From a virus (Duplodnaviria > Caudoviricetes), in IMG/VR virus record IMGVR_UViG_3300037963_001094, positions 1 through 32,190 of that record: a stretch of 32,190 nucleotides of DNA. The stretch is one strand, 5' to 3'. A program made the translations under genes and the position numbers. Of the stretch, positions 8,871 through 18,924 are shown piece by piece; the stretch's first letter is position 1, and each line of letters begins with the position of its first letter. The notes beneath the pieces are model-generated. The model made no database searches, had not been told where the DNA came from, and saw only the letters and a list, made by a program, of their open reading frames with translations.

Positions 8871-11800
8871 ATGCCAGAAATTAAACATACTTTTCAAGGC
8901 GGTAAAATGAACAAGGATCTTGATGAGAGACTTGTTCCAAATGGTGAGTTTAGAAGTGCTGAAAATGTTCAAGTTAGAACTAGCAAGACAGACGCTATTG
9001 GTACTGTTCAAAATATAAAAAGTAACAAAGAGATCGGTTCGTCTTATATCGATACCACATGGATGGTTAATGAAAACGAACCTATTGTTGTTGCTAGTGT
9101 TGCTGATGAAAAAAGTGATAAAGCATATTTTTTCTTTGCATCACCACCCGTTCCGCAATTACAAAATCAACAATTTAATGTTATTTCAGATACTATTACT
9201 TCTGAAATGGTTTTTATCGACAGCATAATAGAGCAAGATATTAATGGTAACGATGCAGCTGTTGTTGTTGATAGACATACTGTTATTAATACTTTTAGTG
9301 AAGTTTTAACGGCTGAACTTTTTGAGTCGCAATCTCTAAACTTTCAAAATAATTGGACTTCTTTTCAAGTAAATGACGCTTCTAAGTATAGAGTGGGTAT
9401 GACTATAAAAGCTTTAGGGCCTAGTAATTTTATCAATACTCAAGGACAACTAGTTGATTTATTTTTAAACTATGTTACTGAAGGTGGTATTATTACTAAC
9501 TCTCAAATAGGTAATGGTGCTAAAATTAAACATATAGATTTAGAAACAAACATTATAACTCTTCATGAGGAACAATTCACAGATCTTAATGGTGTGGAAT
9601 ATTTTGTTTTTGAAGCTCCACCCGTTTTAAATTTTCAAGGCAATACAATAACAGGTGTAAACGTTATTGATAATTTATTGTTTTGGACAGACAATTTAAC
9701 TGAACCCAAAAAAGTAAATATAGATAGATGCAAAGCTGGTACTGTTAATAAATCAACACATACTAAACTATTCGTTGATCACCCTATGTTGTCTACTGGA
9801 CCTGGAAGTGAAAACTATGTTGTAGTTTCAGATATAAATCCTGGATTATCTACGCATCCTGTAAATGAAGATTTATTAGAAAGACATATAACAGTATTAC
9901 GTCAAGCGCCTAGAACAGCTCCAACTCTTGAAATGAAAGACACACTGAGAACTGGTGAGATAAGAGCAGAATTTACCTATGAGTTTGAAGACACTGATCC
10001 AACAACTGATCCATTAGCTGAAAACGACGAGGTTATATTAGATAACTGGACATTTGCTAATACAGATTTTAAACCTGGTGATAGATTAGATATAGAACTT
10101 CTTCAGTCTATTGATCCTTTAATTGATGAAGGTGGATTTACTGTTACTTTTGTAAGTTACGTTGATGACGCTGTTGGTACTAACGAAATTCTTGGTCCAT
10201 CTAATTTTATAAAAATACGAATAAATTCTAGAGTAGACCCTATTGTTTCTGGAACTCAAGAGTGGCAAATAACGTTAAAGCAAAAGAAACCTTTATTTGA
10301 ATTAAAACTAGCAAGATTTGGCTACAGATATAAATACGAGGATGGTGAGTATTCAGCGTTTTCACCTTGGTCTGAATTAGCTTTTATGCCGGGAGAGTTT
10401 GATATGGTTGTTAGAAAAGCTTATAATCTAGGTATGGTTAATAAGATTCAAGAGTTAATTGTAAAAGATTTTATACCTTACAAAAGACCACTTGATGTTG
10501 TTGCTGTAGATTTGCTTTATAAAGAAGCTTCTAAACCAAATTGCTATATCGTTAAAACCATAAACAGAACAAAAGACGACACATGGGAAATTAATACACC
10601 TAGTTTATTAAATCCAACAGAAATAAAAACAGGTAGACTTAATGTAACATCTGAAATGATACATAGAGTTCTGCCATCAAATCAAATGCTTAGAGCTTTT
10701 GACAATGTTCCAAGATATGCTTTAGCTCAAGAAATAACTGCTAATAGATTAATATACGGTAATTATACTCAAGGTTATCCATTTAATACTCCAGTTGGCC
10801 TAAAACAAATGCTAGTTAGTGATGATTCAGCTGCTGTTGAAAATCCTCAAAAATCTGTTAAATCAATAAGACAGTATAAGTGGGGAATGGTTTTTGGAGA
10901 TAGGTATGGTAGAGAAACACCTGTTATAGAATCAGGATACACAGACTCTAATATTGAAGAAATAGAATCAATGAGTGGGGAAATTGTTGTTAACAAAGAC
11001 TTATCTCATCTTAAAAATCACTTTGAGTTACAACAGAATTGGGATAGTTTAACAGCTCCTAATGGTACACCGCCTGCATGGGCTGACTATGTTAAGTATT
11101 ATGTAAAAGAAACATCTAATGAGTATTACAATTTAGTAATGGATAGATGGTATTGGGCTGATGAAGAAAAGGATAATGTTTGGTTATCATTTAATTCAGC
11201 TGATAGAAATAAAGTAACGGAAGAAACTTATTTACTACTAAAAAATCAACATGGAAACGATACTCCAGTGGGAGACAAAGCTAGGTATAAAATTATAGCT
11301 ATAGAAAACGACGCTCCTGATTTTATTAAAACCGTTAGAAGACGACTGGGTGAAGTAGAAATATTTCCAGCTGTAATGAATAAGCATAGATTAGTTACCG
11401 TGGGATCAGACGTGTATCAAGGAGTTCAACAAACTGGTTGGGGTATAGCCAATATGTATGAAACCGATATTCCACCAGACATGCCAGAGGGATTAATGTT
11501 TAGCACAACTTGTCAACTTTATATAGAAAACTGGAATTCCACTATTAGCGGTTGGGCTGCTGTATCTGGCACATCAGATCCAGTAGAATATGCTGTTCAA
11601 GATTTCTCAAACTCTATATTTGGAAGAAGAATAGAGGGTAATATAAAAATGAGGATTAAAGCCACTCAAGGAGCTAACACGTTGTACACTTCTTGGAGAA
11701 GTTTATATCATTATAGATTGGTAGAAAACCCAGAAGATTTACCTACTCTATTTGGACCTGGTTTACCGGTTGGTAGTGGTTCTGGTGGTCCATATGAGTA

Positions 11801-14800
11801 TTGGCAGCAGAAAATAGAATTAAATTGGGATAGTATTTGGGATAGCGAGGCTTTTATGTATGAGCGTTTTGAAATGGCTTTTGGTGTTGGTAGTACAGCT
11901 GGTATGAAAATGTATCTTGAGTTTGTTGAAGATGATATAGACCACAGGCCTCAATTTGATGGAAAGTTTTTTGTTAAAATAGAAAAAAATCTAGATTTAG
12001 AAGCTAATGTTTTATACGCAGAGGGTTCTGGTGGTGTTTACTTTAATAGAAGTGCTCATCCTTATACGTCTTTTTCTGGAATAAATGCTAACTGTGCTAA
12101 TAACTCAAGTGTTAGATACCAATGGAACGGTTGGACGTTTACGCAATTTTCTGCTCTATTCACAACTCTTTCTCCTTTAAGAGGAGCTTTACCATTTATT
12201 GACCGTTGTCAACCACATTTTGCTGCATTCACAGATGTACCTATTGGAAACGTTGGTACAGATCCTAGCCAAGTACCTTGGGCAACAGCTAACCAGACTT
12301 TTGGTGTAGCTGGTTTTGGTGCTGGTTTTGCCGGGGGTTTTCAAAGTATGGCTGGTGTTAATGGTGCTTGTAGAATGTATATTAGTAGACAAGCTATAGA
12401 TTACTCTAATTCACTAGCAATAGATGGGGATAACGATGGACAAGCAGAAGGTGTTATGGTTAGTTCAACTCTTTATCCATGGTATTACACGGCCGGTGAC
12501 ACCGTCTTACAAGGTCAAGAAATAAATCACGCGTACTTTATGTCTAAAATGTCTCAACCCGGGACAATGTTTAGGTTTAGTAATAATCCACAGGAAATAT
12601 ACGAAGTTGTAAATGCTGGTTTCGCTACTGGGCCTGGAGGTGGTGGTTTACCTAGAAACTACGGCGGAGAAACAGGTTCTAATTCTGGTTATCCTGACTA
12701 TATAACAGCAACAGTTCAAAATGGTACAGGAGCAGGTGATCCAAACTGCACCCCATGTGGAAGTGGTGGTACGGGTGCTTGCTTTAGACATATGTTAAGA
12801 TGTGACTTTAGGCGTTTAAATATAGATACTGGTCAACCAATATATAACACTGGACTTGGATTAGCGGCTCCAGAAAGTGGATTAGGATCTGCAACTGGTA
12901 GTGGTTTAAATAGAATATATATAGTTGAACCGTCAGATATATTTGGTAGTGCCGCTCTTAAACAGGAATTAGGTGGATGTTGGGAGACAGAACCTGTAGA
13001 AGATGTAGATTTAGAATTATATTACGAAGCATCTAATGCTATACCAATGAAACTAACGGAGTATAACGCTTTTGACTATGCTCCAATAAAATCAAAAGTT
13101 AAAATAAGAAGGTGGACACTAGATGATGATGGAAATTATGTTTTATCAGATGTGGAATTAACAAACACTGATCACATAGTTAGTAATATTGAGTTTTTAA
13201 ATGATTCACCACTAATACATATAACTTCTTTGGATTATGATGGAAATAGAGTTCCTCATATTTATGATGTACAACCAGATGAAAATGGTGATGATGTTTA
13301 CAGTGAGCAAATAGTTTTTGTTCACCCAGATGGTACAGAAACAACAAGTAATATAATAGGTGAGTATAGCCCAACGTCTACACCAGTTACTTCTGCAACT
13401 GGGTTTGTTCCAACAACAGTGACATATAGTAGACTTGTTTATTCTGGACAAGATGAAAATATATACATAGAAGATGCCACTGGTTTAACACCAGGCATGA
13501 ACATATCATCAATAGACGGTGAGGTTCAACAGTTGGTAGGAATAACAACTGAGTTTAATGATGTTATAATACCAAACGGAACTACAATTGAAGCTATATA
13601 CCCAAATGAAACATTTCCATATTCAAACTGGGATAATCCAGGTGTTAGAATAGAGTTGTCAGGATCTGTTCTTGATTGGGATACATCACCTATACAAGAT
13701 TATGTTGATAATGGAGCTCCTCAACAGTGGCCATATCAATTTAGAGTTAGACTTAGTGATAGTGCAGGTTATTATCAAATAGATCCTGATGCTTGGAAAT
13801 TTAAAATAAAACTTGGTTGGCACAACTGTTATTCATTTGGTAACGGTGTGGAATCAGATAGAATAAGAGATGATTTTAATGCATCACAATTAGACAATGG
13901 TGTTAGAGTATCTACCACATTTTCTGGTTACGGAGAGGAAAAGAAAAGTAGTGGAATGATATACTCTGGATTATACAATTCTACATCTGAAGTAAATGAT
14001 CTTAATGAGTTTAACATGGGTGAAAAAATTCAAAAGGATTTAAACCCAACTTATGGCTCAATACAGGCTTTAAAAACTAGAGATACAGATGTTGTTGTTT
14101 TCGCGGAAGATAAAGTTTTAAAAGTACTAGCTAATAAAGAAGCTGTGTTTAATGCAGATGGTAATCCGCAGCTAACAGCAACTAATAGGGTTTTAGGACA
14201 AGCTGTTCCATTTGGTAGTAATTATGGTATATCACAAAACCCTGAGTCACTGGCTGTTGACCAGTTTAGAATGTATTTTACTGACAAGCAGAGAGGTGCT
14301 GTACTGCGATTATCAATGGACGGTATAACGCCAATATCTGATGTTGGAATGAAAACTTGGTTTAGAGAGAATTTACCTTTATCATCTTCATTACTAGGTA
14401 CATTTGATGGAGTTAATGGTGAATATAATTTAACTGTAAACTATTATCCTGAGATGAGTCCTATAGTTCCTGAGCCCGAAAACAACACGGAGTCTTCACC
14501 GCAAATTGAAAATTGGACATATAACGCTAAAACAGTTTCTTTTAATGAAGCTGCTAAAGGTTGGGTGAGTTTTAAATCATTCATACCTCAAGCTGGTGAA
14601 TATGTTGGCGGTAAGTATATTACTGCTAGGTCTAATAAAATATGGGAGCATTACGCTGACGATGTTTATGATGGAGATGAAGATGCTGGATATAGTTACT
14701 TCTATGGAGTTAGATATGAATCTAGATTTTCTGTGGTGTTTAATGATTTACCTAGTACAATTAAACACTTTAACACTATAAACTACGAGGGCACACAATC

Positions 14801-15143
14801 GTTTATTAAAAAGAATATAGAAGACAACGAATACTACAACCTAGATGCTTACGATGGTTGGTATGTTGATTCTTTTAAAACAGATCTTCAAGACGGTTAT
14901 GTTCCAGAGTTTATCAACAAAGAAAACAAATGGTTTAACAAGATTAGAGGTGTAGAAACAAATGTAAATAACATTGATACTAGTGAGTTTACTGTTCAAG
15001 GGTTAGGAACCCCAGTTGTAGTTGCTGGTAACTATGAAACCCCAGAGTTTTTATTTACAGTTCAACTTGATCCAACCAATACACCTGATGTAGTCTTTAA
15101 CGTTAATAGTCCATATAGTTCATCATCAACATATGACGGATAA
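8871..15143 (+). CDS. Large tail muzzle/nozzle protein (phage stabilisation protein, P22 gp10 / T7 gp12 equivalent), 2090 aa
   Basis: N-terminus FQGGKMNKDLDERLVPNGEFRSAENV is typical of nozzle proteins. Beta-propeller-like segments include LLFWTDN, YGISQNPES, MYFTDKQRGAVLRLS and GWVSFKSF. It follows the ring-like genes. Confidence 0.72.
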   Translation: MPEIKHTFQGGKMNKDLDERLVPNGEFRSAENVQVRTSKTDAIGTVQNIKSNKEIGSSYIDTTWMVNENEPIVVASVADEKSDKAYFFFASPPVPQLQNQQFNVISDTITSEMVFIDSIIEQDINGNDAAVVVDRHTVINTFSEVLTAELFESQSLNFQNNWTSFQVNDASKYRVGMTIKALGPSNFINTQGQLVDLFLNYVTEGGIITNSQIGNGAKIKHIDLETNIITLHEEQFTDLNGVEYFVFEAPPVLNFQGNTITGVNVIDNLLFWTDNLTEPKKVNIDRCKAGTVNKSTHTKLFVDHPMLSTGPGSENYVVVSDINPGLSTHPVNEDLLERHITVLRQAPRTAPTLEMKDTLRTGEIRAEFTYEFEDTDPTTDPLAENDEVILDNWTFANTDFKPGDRLDIELLQSIDPLIDEGGFTVTFVSYVDDAVGTNEILGPSNFIKIRINSRVDPIVSGTQEWQITLKQKKPLFELKLARFGYRYKYEDGEYSAFSPWSELAFMPGEFDMVVRKAYNLGMVNKIQELIVKDFIPYKRPLDVVAVDLLYKEASKPNCYIVKTINRTKDDTWEINTPSLLNPTEIKTGRLNVTSEMIHRVLPSNQMLRAFDNVPRYALAQEITANRLIYGNYTQGYPFNTPVGLKQMLVSDDSAAVENPQKSVKSIRQYKWGMVFGDRYGRETPVIESGYTDSNIEEIESMSGEIVVNKDLSHLKNHFELQQNWDSLTAPNGTPPAWADYVKYYVKETSNEYYNLVMDRWYWADEEKDNVWLSFNSADRNKVTEETYLLLKNQHGNDTPVGDKARYKIIAIENDAPDFIKTVRRRLGEVEIFPAVMNKHRLVTVGSDVYQGVQQTGWGIANMYETDIPPDMPEGLMFSTTCQLYIENWNSTISGWAAVSGTSDPVEYAVQDFSNSIFGRRIEGNIKMRIKATQGANTLYTSWRSLYHYRLVENPEDLPTLFGPGLPVGSGSGGPYEYWQQKIELNWDSIWDSEAFMYERFEMAFGVGSTAGMKMYLEFVEDDIDHRPQFDGKFFVKIEKNLDLEANVLYAEGSGGVYFNRSAHPYTSFSGINANCANNSSVRYQWNGWTFTQFSALFTTLSPLRGALPFIDRCQPHFAAFTDVPIGNVGTDPSQVPWATANQTFGVAGFGAGFAGGFQSMAGVNGACRMYISRQAIDYSNSLAIDGDNDGQAEGVMVSSTLYPWYYTAGDTVLQGQEINHAYFMSKMSQPGTMFRFSNNPQEIYEVVNAGFATGPGGGGLPRNYGGETGSNSGYPDYITATVQNGTGAGDPNCTPCGSGGTGACFRHMLRCDFRRLNIDTGQPIYNTGLGLAAPESGLGSATGSGLNRIYIVEPSDIFGSAALKQELGGCWETEPVEDVDLELYYEASNAIPMKLTEYNAFDYAPIKSKVKIRRWTLDDDGNYVLSDVELTNTDHIVSNIEFLNDSPLIHITSLDYDGNRVPHIYDVQPDENGDDVYSEQIVFVHPDGTETTSNIIGEYSPTSTPVTSATGFVPTTVTYSRLVYSGQDENIYIEDATGLTPGMNISSIDGEVQQLVGITTEFNDVIIPNGTTIEAIYPNETFPYSNWDNPGVRIELSGSVLDWDTSPIQDYVDNGAPQQWPYQFRVRLSDSAGYYQIDPDAWKFKIKLGWHNCYSFGNGVESDRIRDDFNASQLDNGVRVSTTFSGYGEEKKSSGMIYSGLYNSTSEVNDLNEFNMGEKIQKDLNPTYGSIQALKTRDTDVVVFAEDKVLKVLANKEAVFNADGNPQLTATNRVLGQAVPFGSNYGISQNPESLAVDQFRMYFTDKQRGAVLRLSMDGITPISDVGMKTWFRENLPLSSSLLGTFDGVNGEYNLTVNYYPEMSPIVPEPENNTESSPQIENWTYNAKTVSFNEAAKGWVSFKSFIPQAGEYVGGKYITARSNKIWEHYADDVYDGDEDAGYSYFYGVRYESRFSVVFNDLPSTIKHFNTINYEGTQSFIKKNIEDNEYYNLDAYDGWYVDSFKTDLQDGYVPEFINKENKWFNKIRGVETNVNNIDTSEFTVQGLGTPVVVAGNYETPEFLFTVQLDPTNTPDVVFNVNSPYSSSSTYDG

Positions 15144-15159
15144 TATAAAATAATTAAAA

Positions 15160-16065
15160 ATGAGTGTAATATTACCAAATTTAGCTAATTGTACAGTAAG
15201 ATACCACGTATCCACAGAACAGTATTTAGATCAGACTACCCAAAACACATTGCCAAATATAGTTTTAATTGAAGTGTGGGCTAATCAAATAGCACCACCA
15301 ATTGAAGCAATTGATGGTAGTGGTTTTTGGATTGTAGATGCTACAAACTTTAATATTGGTGGTTCAACACAGGTTAGTGCAATTACACCAACTTCATCAT
15401 GGGCAACAGATCCACAATACGCTAATTTTGGCACGGCAGATGGTTCGGTTTATAATAACGTTTTAGTTTATCCAAACCCTAATAATAATCCTTGGGGCAT
15501 TAACACTATTGGAACTAATATCGTTTCTGGTGGTACTCCATTAGAAGAAACTACAGGTAAGTGGTTTACACCCGAATCAATGAGCTTCGCTGTTGATAGT
15601 GATGGTAATGATATATCTGAGCAAGCTTTAGCTAATTGGGATTATAGAGTTAATGATATCTTTATATGCAACAATTATAGTAATATTCAACAAATGGTTA
15701 GTGGTGGTGATGCTTGGAAAAATATAGTTATGGTATGGGTTAGATTAAGAGATGATTGGACTTTTCCAGCTGAAGATGTTACAATAAATATAGATATACA
15801 AGGTGGTCAACAGTGGATTGATTATGCGGAATTTAATAGTTCTGATAGAAGATTAAAAAAGAATATAAAATTGATTGGCAAGTCTTTATCAGGATTAAAT
15901 ATATACACATTTGAATATGTAGATAGTGAAATTGGTAAAGGTGTTTATCAAGGTGTTATGTCAGACGAAATACCAAGGCACGCGGTTATTAAGGATAGTA
16001 ATGGCTATGATATGGTTAACTATTCTAAAATAGATGTTGACTTTAAAAGATTTAATTATGGCTAA
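15160..16065 (+). CDS. Tail-associated protein with a C-terminal intramolecular chaperone/autoprotease (Peptidase_S74-like)
   Basis: SDRRLKKNI at 15841 (Ser/Lys dyad pattern S-D-x-R-L-K) followed by GLNIYTFEY, GVMSDEI and GYDMVNYS. Confidence 0.78.
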   Translation: MSVILPNLANCTVRYHVSTEQYLDQTTQNTLPNIVLIEVWANQIAPPIEAIDGSGFWIVDATNFNIGGSTQVSAITPTSSWATDPQYANFGTADGSVYNNVLVYPNPNNNPWGINTIGTNIVSGGTPLEETTGKWFTPESMSFAVDSDGNDISEQALANWDYRVNDIFICNNYSNIQQMVSGGDAWKNIVMVWVRLRDDWTFPAEDVTINIDIQGGQQWIDYAEFNSSDRRLKKNIKLIGKSLSGLNIYTFEYVDSEIGKGVYQGVMSDEIPRHAVIKDSNGYDMVNYSKIDVDFKRFNYG

Positions 16066-17716
16066 AAGATATATTGTAAATCGTAGACAACGAAGTTCTA
16101 TACCGTTTGTTTTTCAAATAAACAGTTTAGCTTATAACGGTGGAACAGAAACACTAACAGCTAAACCTGGTTACACTCTAAAATCACAAGTTATTGGAGG
16201 TGGTTTTTCTACTGAATACACAAACTATATTATAAGTGGTAATGGAGTTTTTAACAAAGCTGTAGCCGTTGCTACATTAGAAATAAAAGCTGGTGATAAA
16301 AAATACATAAGTAAATCACCATATTTATCTGGAAACTATAGTGATAACATTAAATTAGTTTTAAAAAAAATAGATAAAGATTTAACTGGGGTCACTAACA
16401 AACAAAGAAACTCTTACACGTTTGACGTGTATTATATAAATAAAGAAGTAACACAACTTTCTGATGGACTAGTTTGTGACTTGGTGTATTCTTGTCAACA
16501 AACTGGTTATAGAGATAATATTATAGATTTTATAAAAACTGGTTTTGAAGGCACTGGACAATATATATATCCCGATAGAAATTCTGGTACTATAAAGATT
16601 GTTGGAAAACCCGGTTCTAGTTTTGCTATAGATGTAAGCGAACACCTATTAGATGTTGAGTTAGAAGAGGACGGATCTACACCAACAGGTAGAGTAATTT
16701 ACAATAAAGATGATAATACATCTATACTATCTAGTGAACTACAAAATCACACGTTAAATTTATACGGTAAATCGCGTAAAGTTTTAAAAGATATAATACC
16801 TCAAAGCGGTGTTTATTATTTTCACCAAGAATATCCAACTTACGTTTTAATAACTAATTTAGATGGAGCTGTTTCTAATTCTACACATTTAAACTTAGCT
16901 AATTCTACCGATAATTTAAAAGCAGGAGATTCTGTTTTTGTACAGGGGTATAGAGATAGATGTAAGGTGGTTAGTGCAAGCGCTAAAGCTGTAACGTTGG
17001 ATAAAAACTTTACAGCTCCTGATGGTGCAAGAGTTAAGGTAATGAGAGATAGAAAATATAGTGTAGAAATACTACCAGATTTATCTTCAACTCTAGGACC
17101 TGATATACCAGCGTCTAATCAGATTGAGTTAGTTCATTTTAAAGACATATTAGTAACTTTTAAAACCTCAACAGCTGGTACGGCTTTTACTATAACTCAT
17201 GAAAGATTGTCAATATATACTTTGCAAGATAGTGAGGGAACTGCTTATAGTGGTTACGGTTCAGCGACGCAAGATAAAGCTTTACTATATAAAGAAACCG
17301 ATTTTTCAGCAACAGGCTTTAGTGCTGGAGATGACCATACCAATGTTGTGCCTACTACAGCTAGTAAAATAAACGGTAGAGCAATTAACGTGGGTTATTC
17401 AATAAAACTTCTAGCTGTTTCTGGAGGGTTTACGACAACTAGAGAGCCGGTGTTTTCAAACATAGTGCCAAACTCACTAACAAAGCCAGGCACTCCATCA
17501 ACACCACAGGCAGATGGAGGTTCTGATTGGACTAACACTATTCCAAGTCAAAACGGTGGAACACTTATTGATATGTATGGATCACGAGTGGTGGTTTCAA
17601 CGGCAAGTTCTGCAAACGATACATGTACAATTGACTTTTCTTTTAGTATAGAGCGTGGTGGAAGTAAAGATGTTGTTTTAGAATTAGACTTAGATAAAAT
17701 ATTAACTATAACATAA
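16058..17716 (+). CDS. Putative tail structural protein (beta-rich)
   Basis: S/T/G/V-rich ORF in the tail cluster. The start at 16058 (taattATG, overlapping the upstream stop) is preferred over 16034. Confidence 0.6.
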   Translation: MAKRYIVNRRQRSSIPFVFQINSLAYNGGTETLTAKPGYTLKSQVIGGGFSTEYTNYIISGNGVFNKAVAVATLEIKAGDKKYISKSPYLSGNYSDNIKLVLKKIDKDLTGVTNKQRNSYTFDVYYINKEVTQLSDGLVCDLVYSCQQTGYRDNIIDFIKTGFEGTGQYIYPDRNSGTIKIVGKPGSSFAIDVSEHLLDVELEEDGSTPTGRVIYNKDDNTSILSSELQNHTLNLYGKSRKVLKDIIPQSGVYYFHQEYPTYVLITNLDGAVSNSTHLNLANSTDNLKAGDSVFVQGYRDRCKVVSASAKAVTLDKNFTAPDGARVKVMRDRKYSVEILPDLSSTLGPDIPASNQIELVHFKDILVTFKTSTAGTAFTITHERLSIYTLQDSEGTAYSGYGSATQDKALLYKETDFSATGFSAGDDHTNVVPTTASKINGRAINVGYSIKLLAVSGGFTTTREPVFSNIVPNSLTKPGTPSTPQADGGSDWTNTIPSQNGGTLIDMYGSRVVVSTASSANDTCTIDFSFSIERGGSKDVVLELDLDKILTIT

Positions 17717-17724
17717 TATAATAT

Positions 17725-18195
17725 ATGGTAATTTTTGGTTTTAATGGAAATTTAAATTCATCAGTAAGCATTGGAGATCTTGTTTATACTGTTGAAACAA
17801 CTACTGTTGGTTCTAACACAGACAACTCAACAGAGTTTACGGTTGGTAGTTGGACAGAACCTACATCAGGTTTTCCAATTGTGGTTGGAACTATAACATC
17901 CATACAAACAAACGATATAAATAGTTCTTACTATACTACCCTACCTCTTAGTGTTACAGTTATAGATGATGAGGGTGTAGAAACTGTTACAACTGTTAAT
18001 ACGGTTATTGAGGTTCAAGAATTAAATCCAATACCTACACCAACAGCAACTAGTTTTGTTTTCTTTTCTAAAAACAACAAACACAATATGTCTTCGTTAA
18101 CTGGTTACTATGGTGAGGTTGAATTTAGAAACAATTCAAAAACTAAAGCTGAGCTGTTTGCAACAGCTTGTGAAATAGAAGAAAGTAGTAAATAA
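17725..18195 (+). CDS. Small beta-rich structural protein
   Basis: 156 aa, T/V-rich, ending FVFFSKNN...SSLTGYYGEVEFRNNSKTKAELFA; last gene of the tail block. Confidence 0.6.
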   Translation: MVIFGFNGNLNSSVSIGDLVYTVETTTVGSNTDNSTEFTVGSWTEPTSGFPIVVGTITSIQTNDINSSYYTTLPLSVTVIDDEGVETVTTVNTVIEVQELNPIPTPTATSFVFFSKNNKHNMSSLTGYYGEVEFRNNSKTKAELFATACEIEESSK

Positions 18196-18205
18196 TCGCT
18201 AAAAA

Positions 18206-18225
18206 ATGTAACTATATAGTAGTAA
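18206..18225 (+). promoter_or_regulatory. Candidate phage promoter, copy 2 (ATGTAACTATA-tagt-AGTAA)
   Basis: Intergenic before the ejection-protein block; the 11-nt and 5-nt boxes are identical to copy 1 with the same spacing. Confidence 0.6.
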
Positions 18226-18247
18226 TAAATAATAAAAGTAATATAAT

Positions 18248-18907
18248 ATGTTAGGTATAGGAGCAGCAATTACAGGTTTAAGCACAATAGGTTCTTTATT
18301 AGCTGGTAGAAAAGCTAAAAAAGCAGCTGAAAAAGAAGAAAGAAGAGCGCGTAGAGAGGAGATGAAAGCTAAAGCTGAAATGAACAGATTAAAAAATATA
18401 TACACTCAATTAGATACTAGTAATCCATATCTCAATATGGAGAATAAATTTGAGGATCTAACTGTTAATCAACAACAAGCGCAGTTTCAACAACAAATGT
18501 TTCAACAGAGTCAAGCTAATATATTAGACTCTTTAAGAGGTGCTGCTGGTGGTGGTGGTGTTGCGGCATTAGCACAACAACTAGCTCAACAAGGACAACT
18601 AGCTTCTCAACAAGCTTCTATCTCAATAGGACAACAAGAAACAGCTAATCAAATGGCTGAAAGAAGAGAAGCTTCTAGATTAGACACATTAGAAAGATCT
18701 GGAGTTGAAAAATCTAGACAGGTAGAAAGAGAAAAATACATGACATTATTAGGTATGTCTCAACAAGAAGCTGCAGCAAATAGACAAATGAGACTAGAAG
18801 CCCAAAGAGCTGGACATGCTGCTCAACAGAGTACGTATCAAACTCTTGGTAACACAGCTAGTAATATATTTAGCACTGTTAGTAGTGCTATTAGTGCAGG
18901 AATGTAG
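18248..18907 (+). CDS. Putative internal virion / DNA-ejection protein 1
   Basis: Gly/Ala-rich hydrophobic N-terminus (MLGIGAAITGLSTIGSLLAG) and Q/A-rich helices. It is the first of three genes of increasing size, as in the T7 gp14-16 and P22 gp7/20/16 cassettes. Confidence 0.65.
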   Translation: MLGIGAAITGLSTIGSLLAGRKAKKAAEKEERRARREEMKAKAEMNRLKNIYTQLDTSNPYLNMENKFEDLTVNQQQAQFQQQMFQQSQANILDSLRGAAGGGGVAALAQQLAQQGQLASQQASISIGQQETANQMAERREASRLDTLERSGVEKSRQVEREKYMTLLGMSQQEAAANRQMRLEAQRAGHAAQQSTYQTLGNTASNIFSTVSSAISAGM

Positions 18908-18924
18908 TAATTTAAATTAATAAT

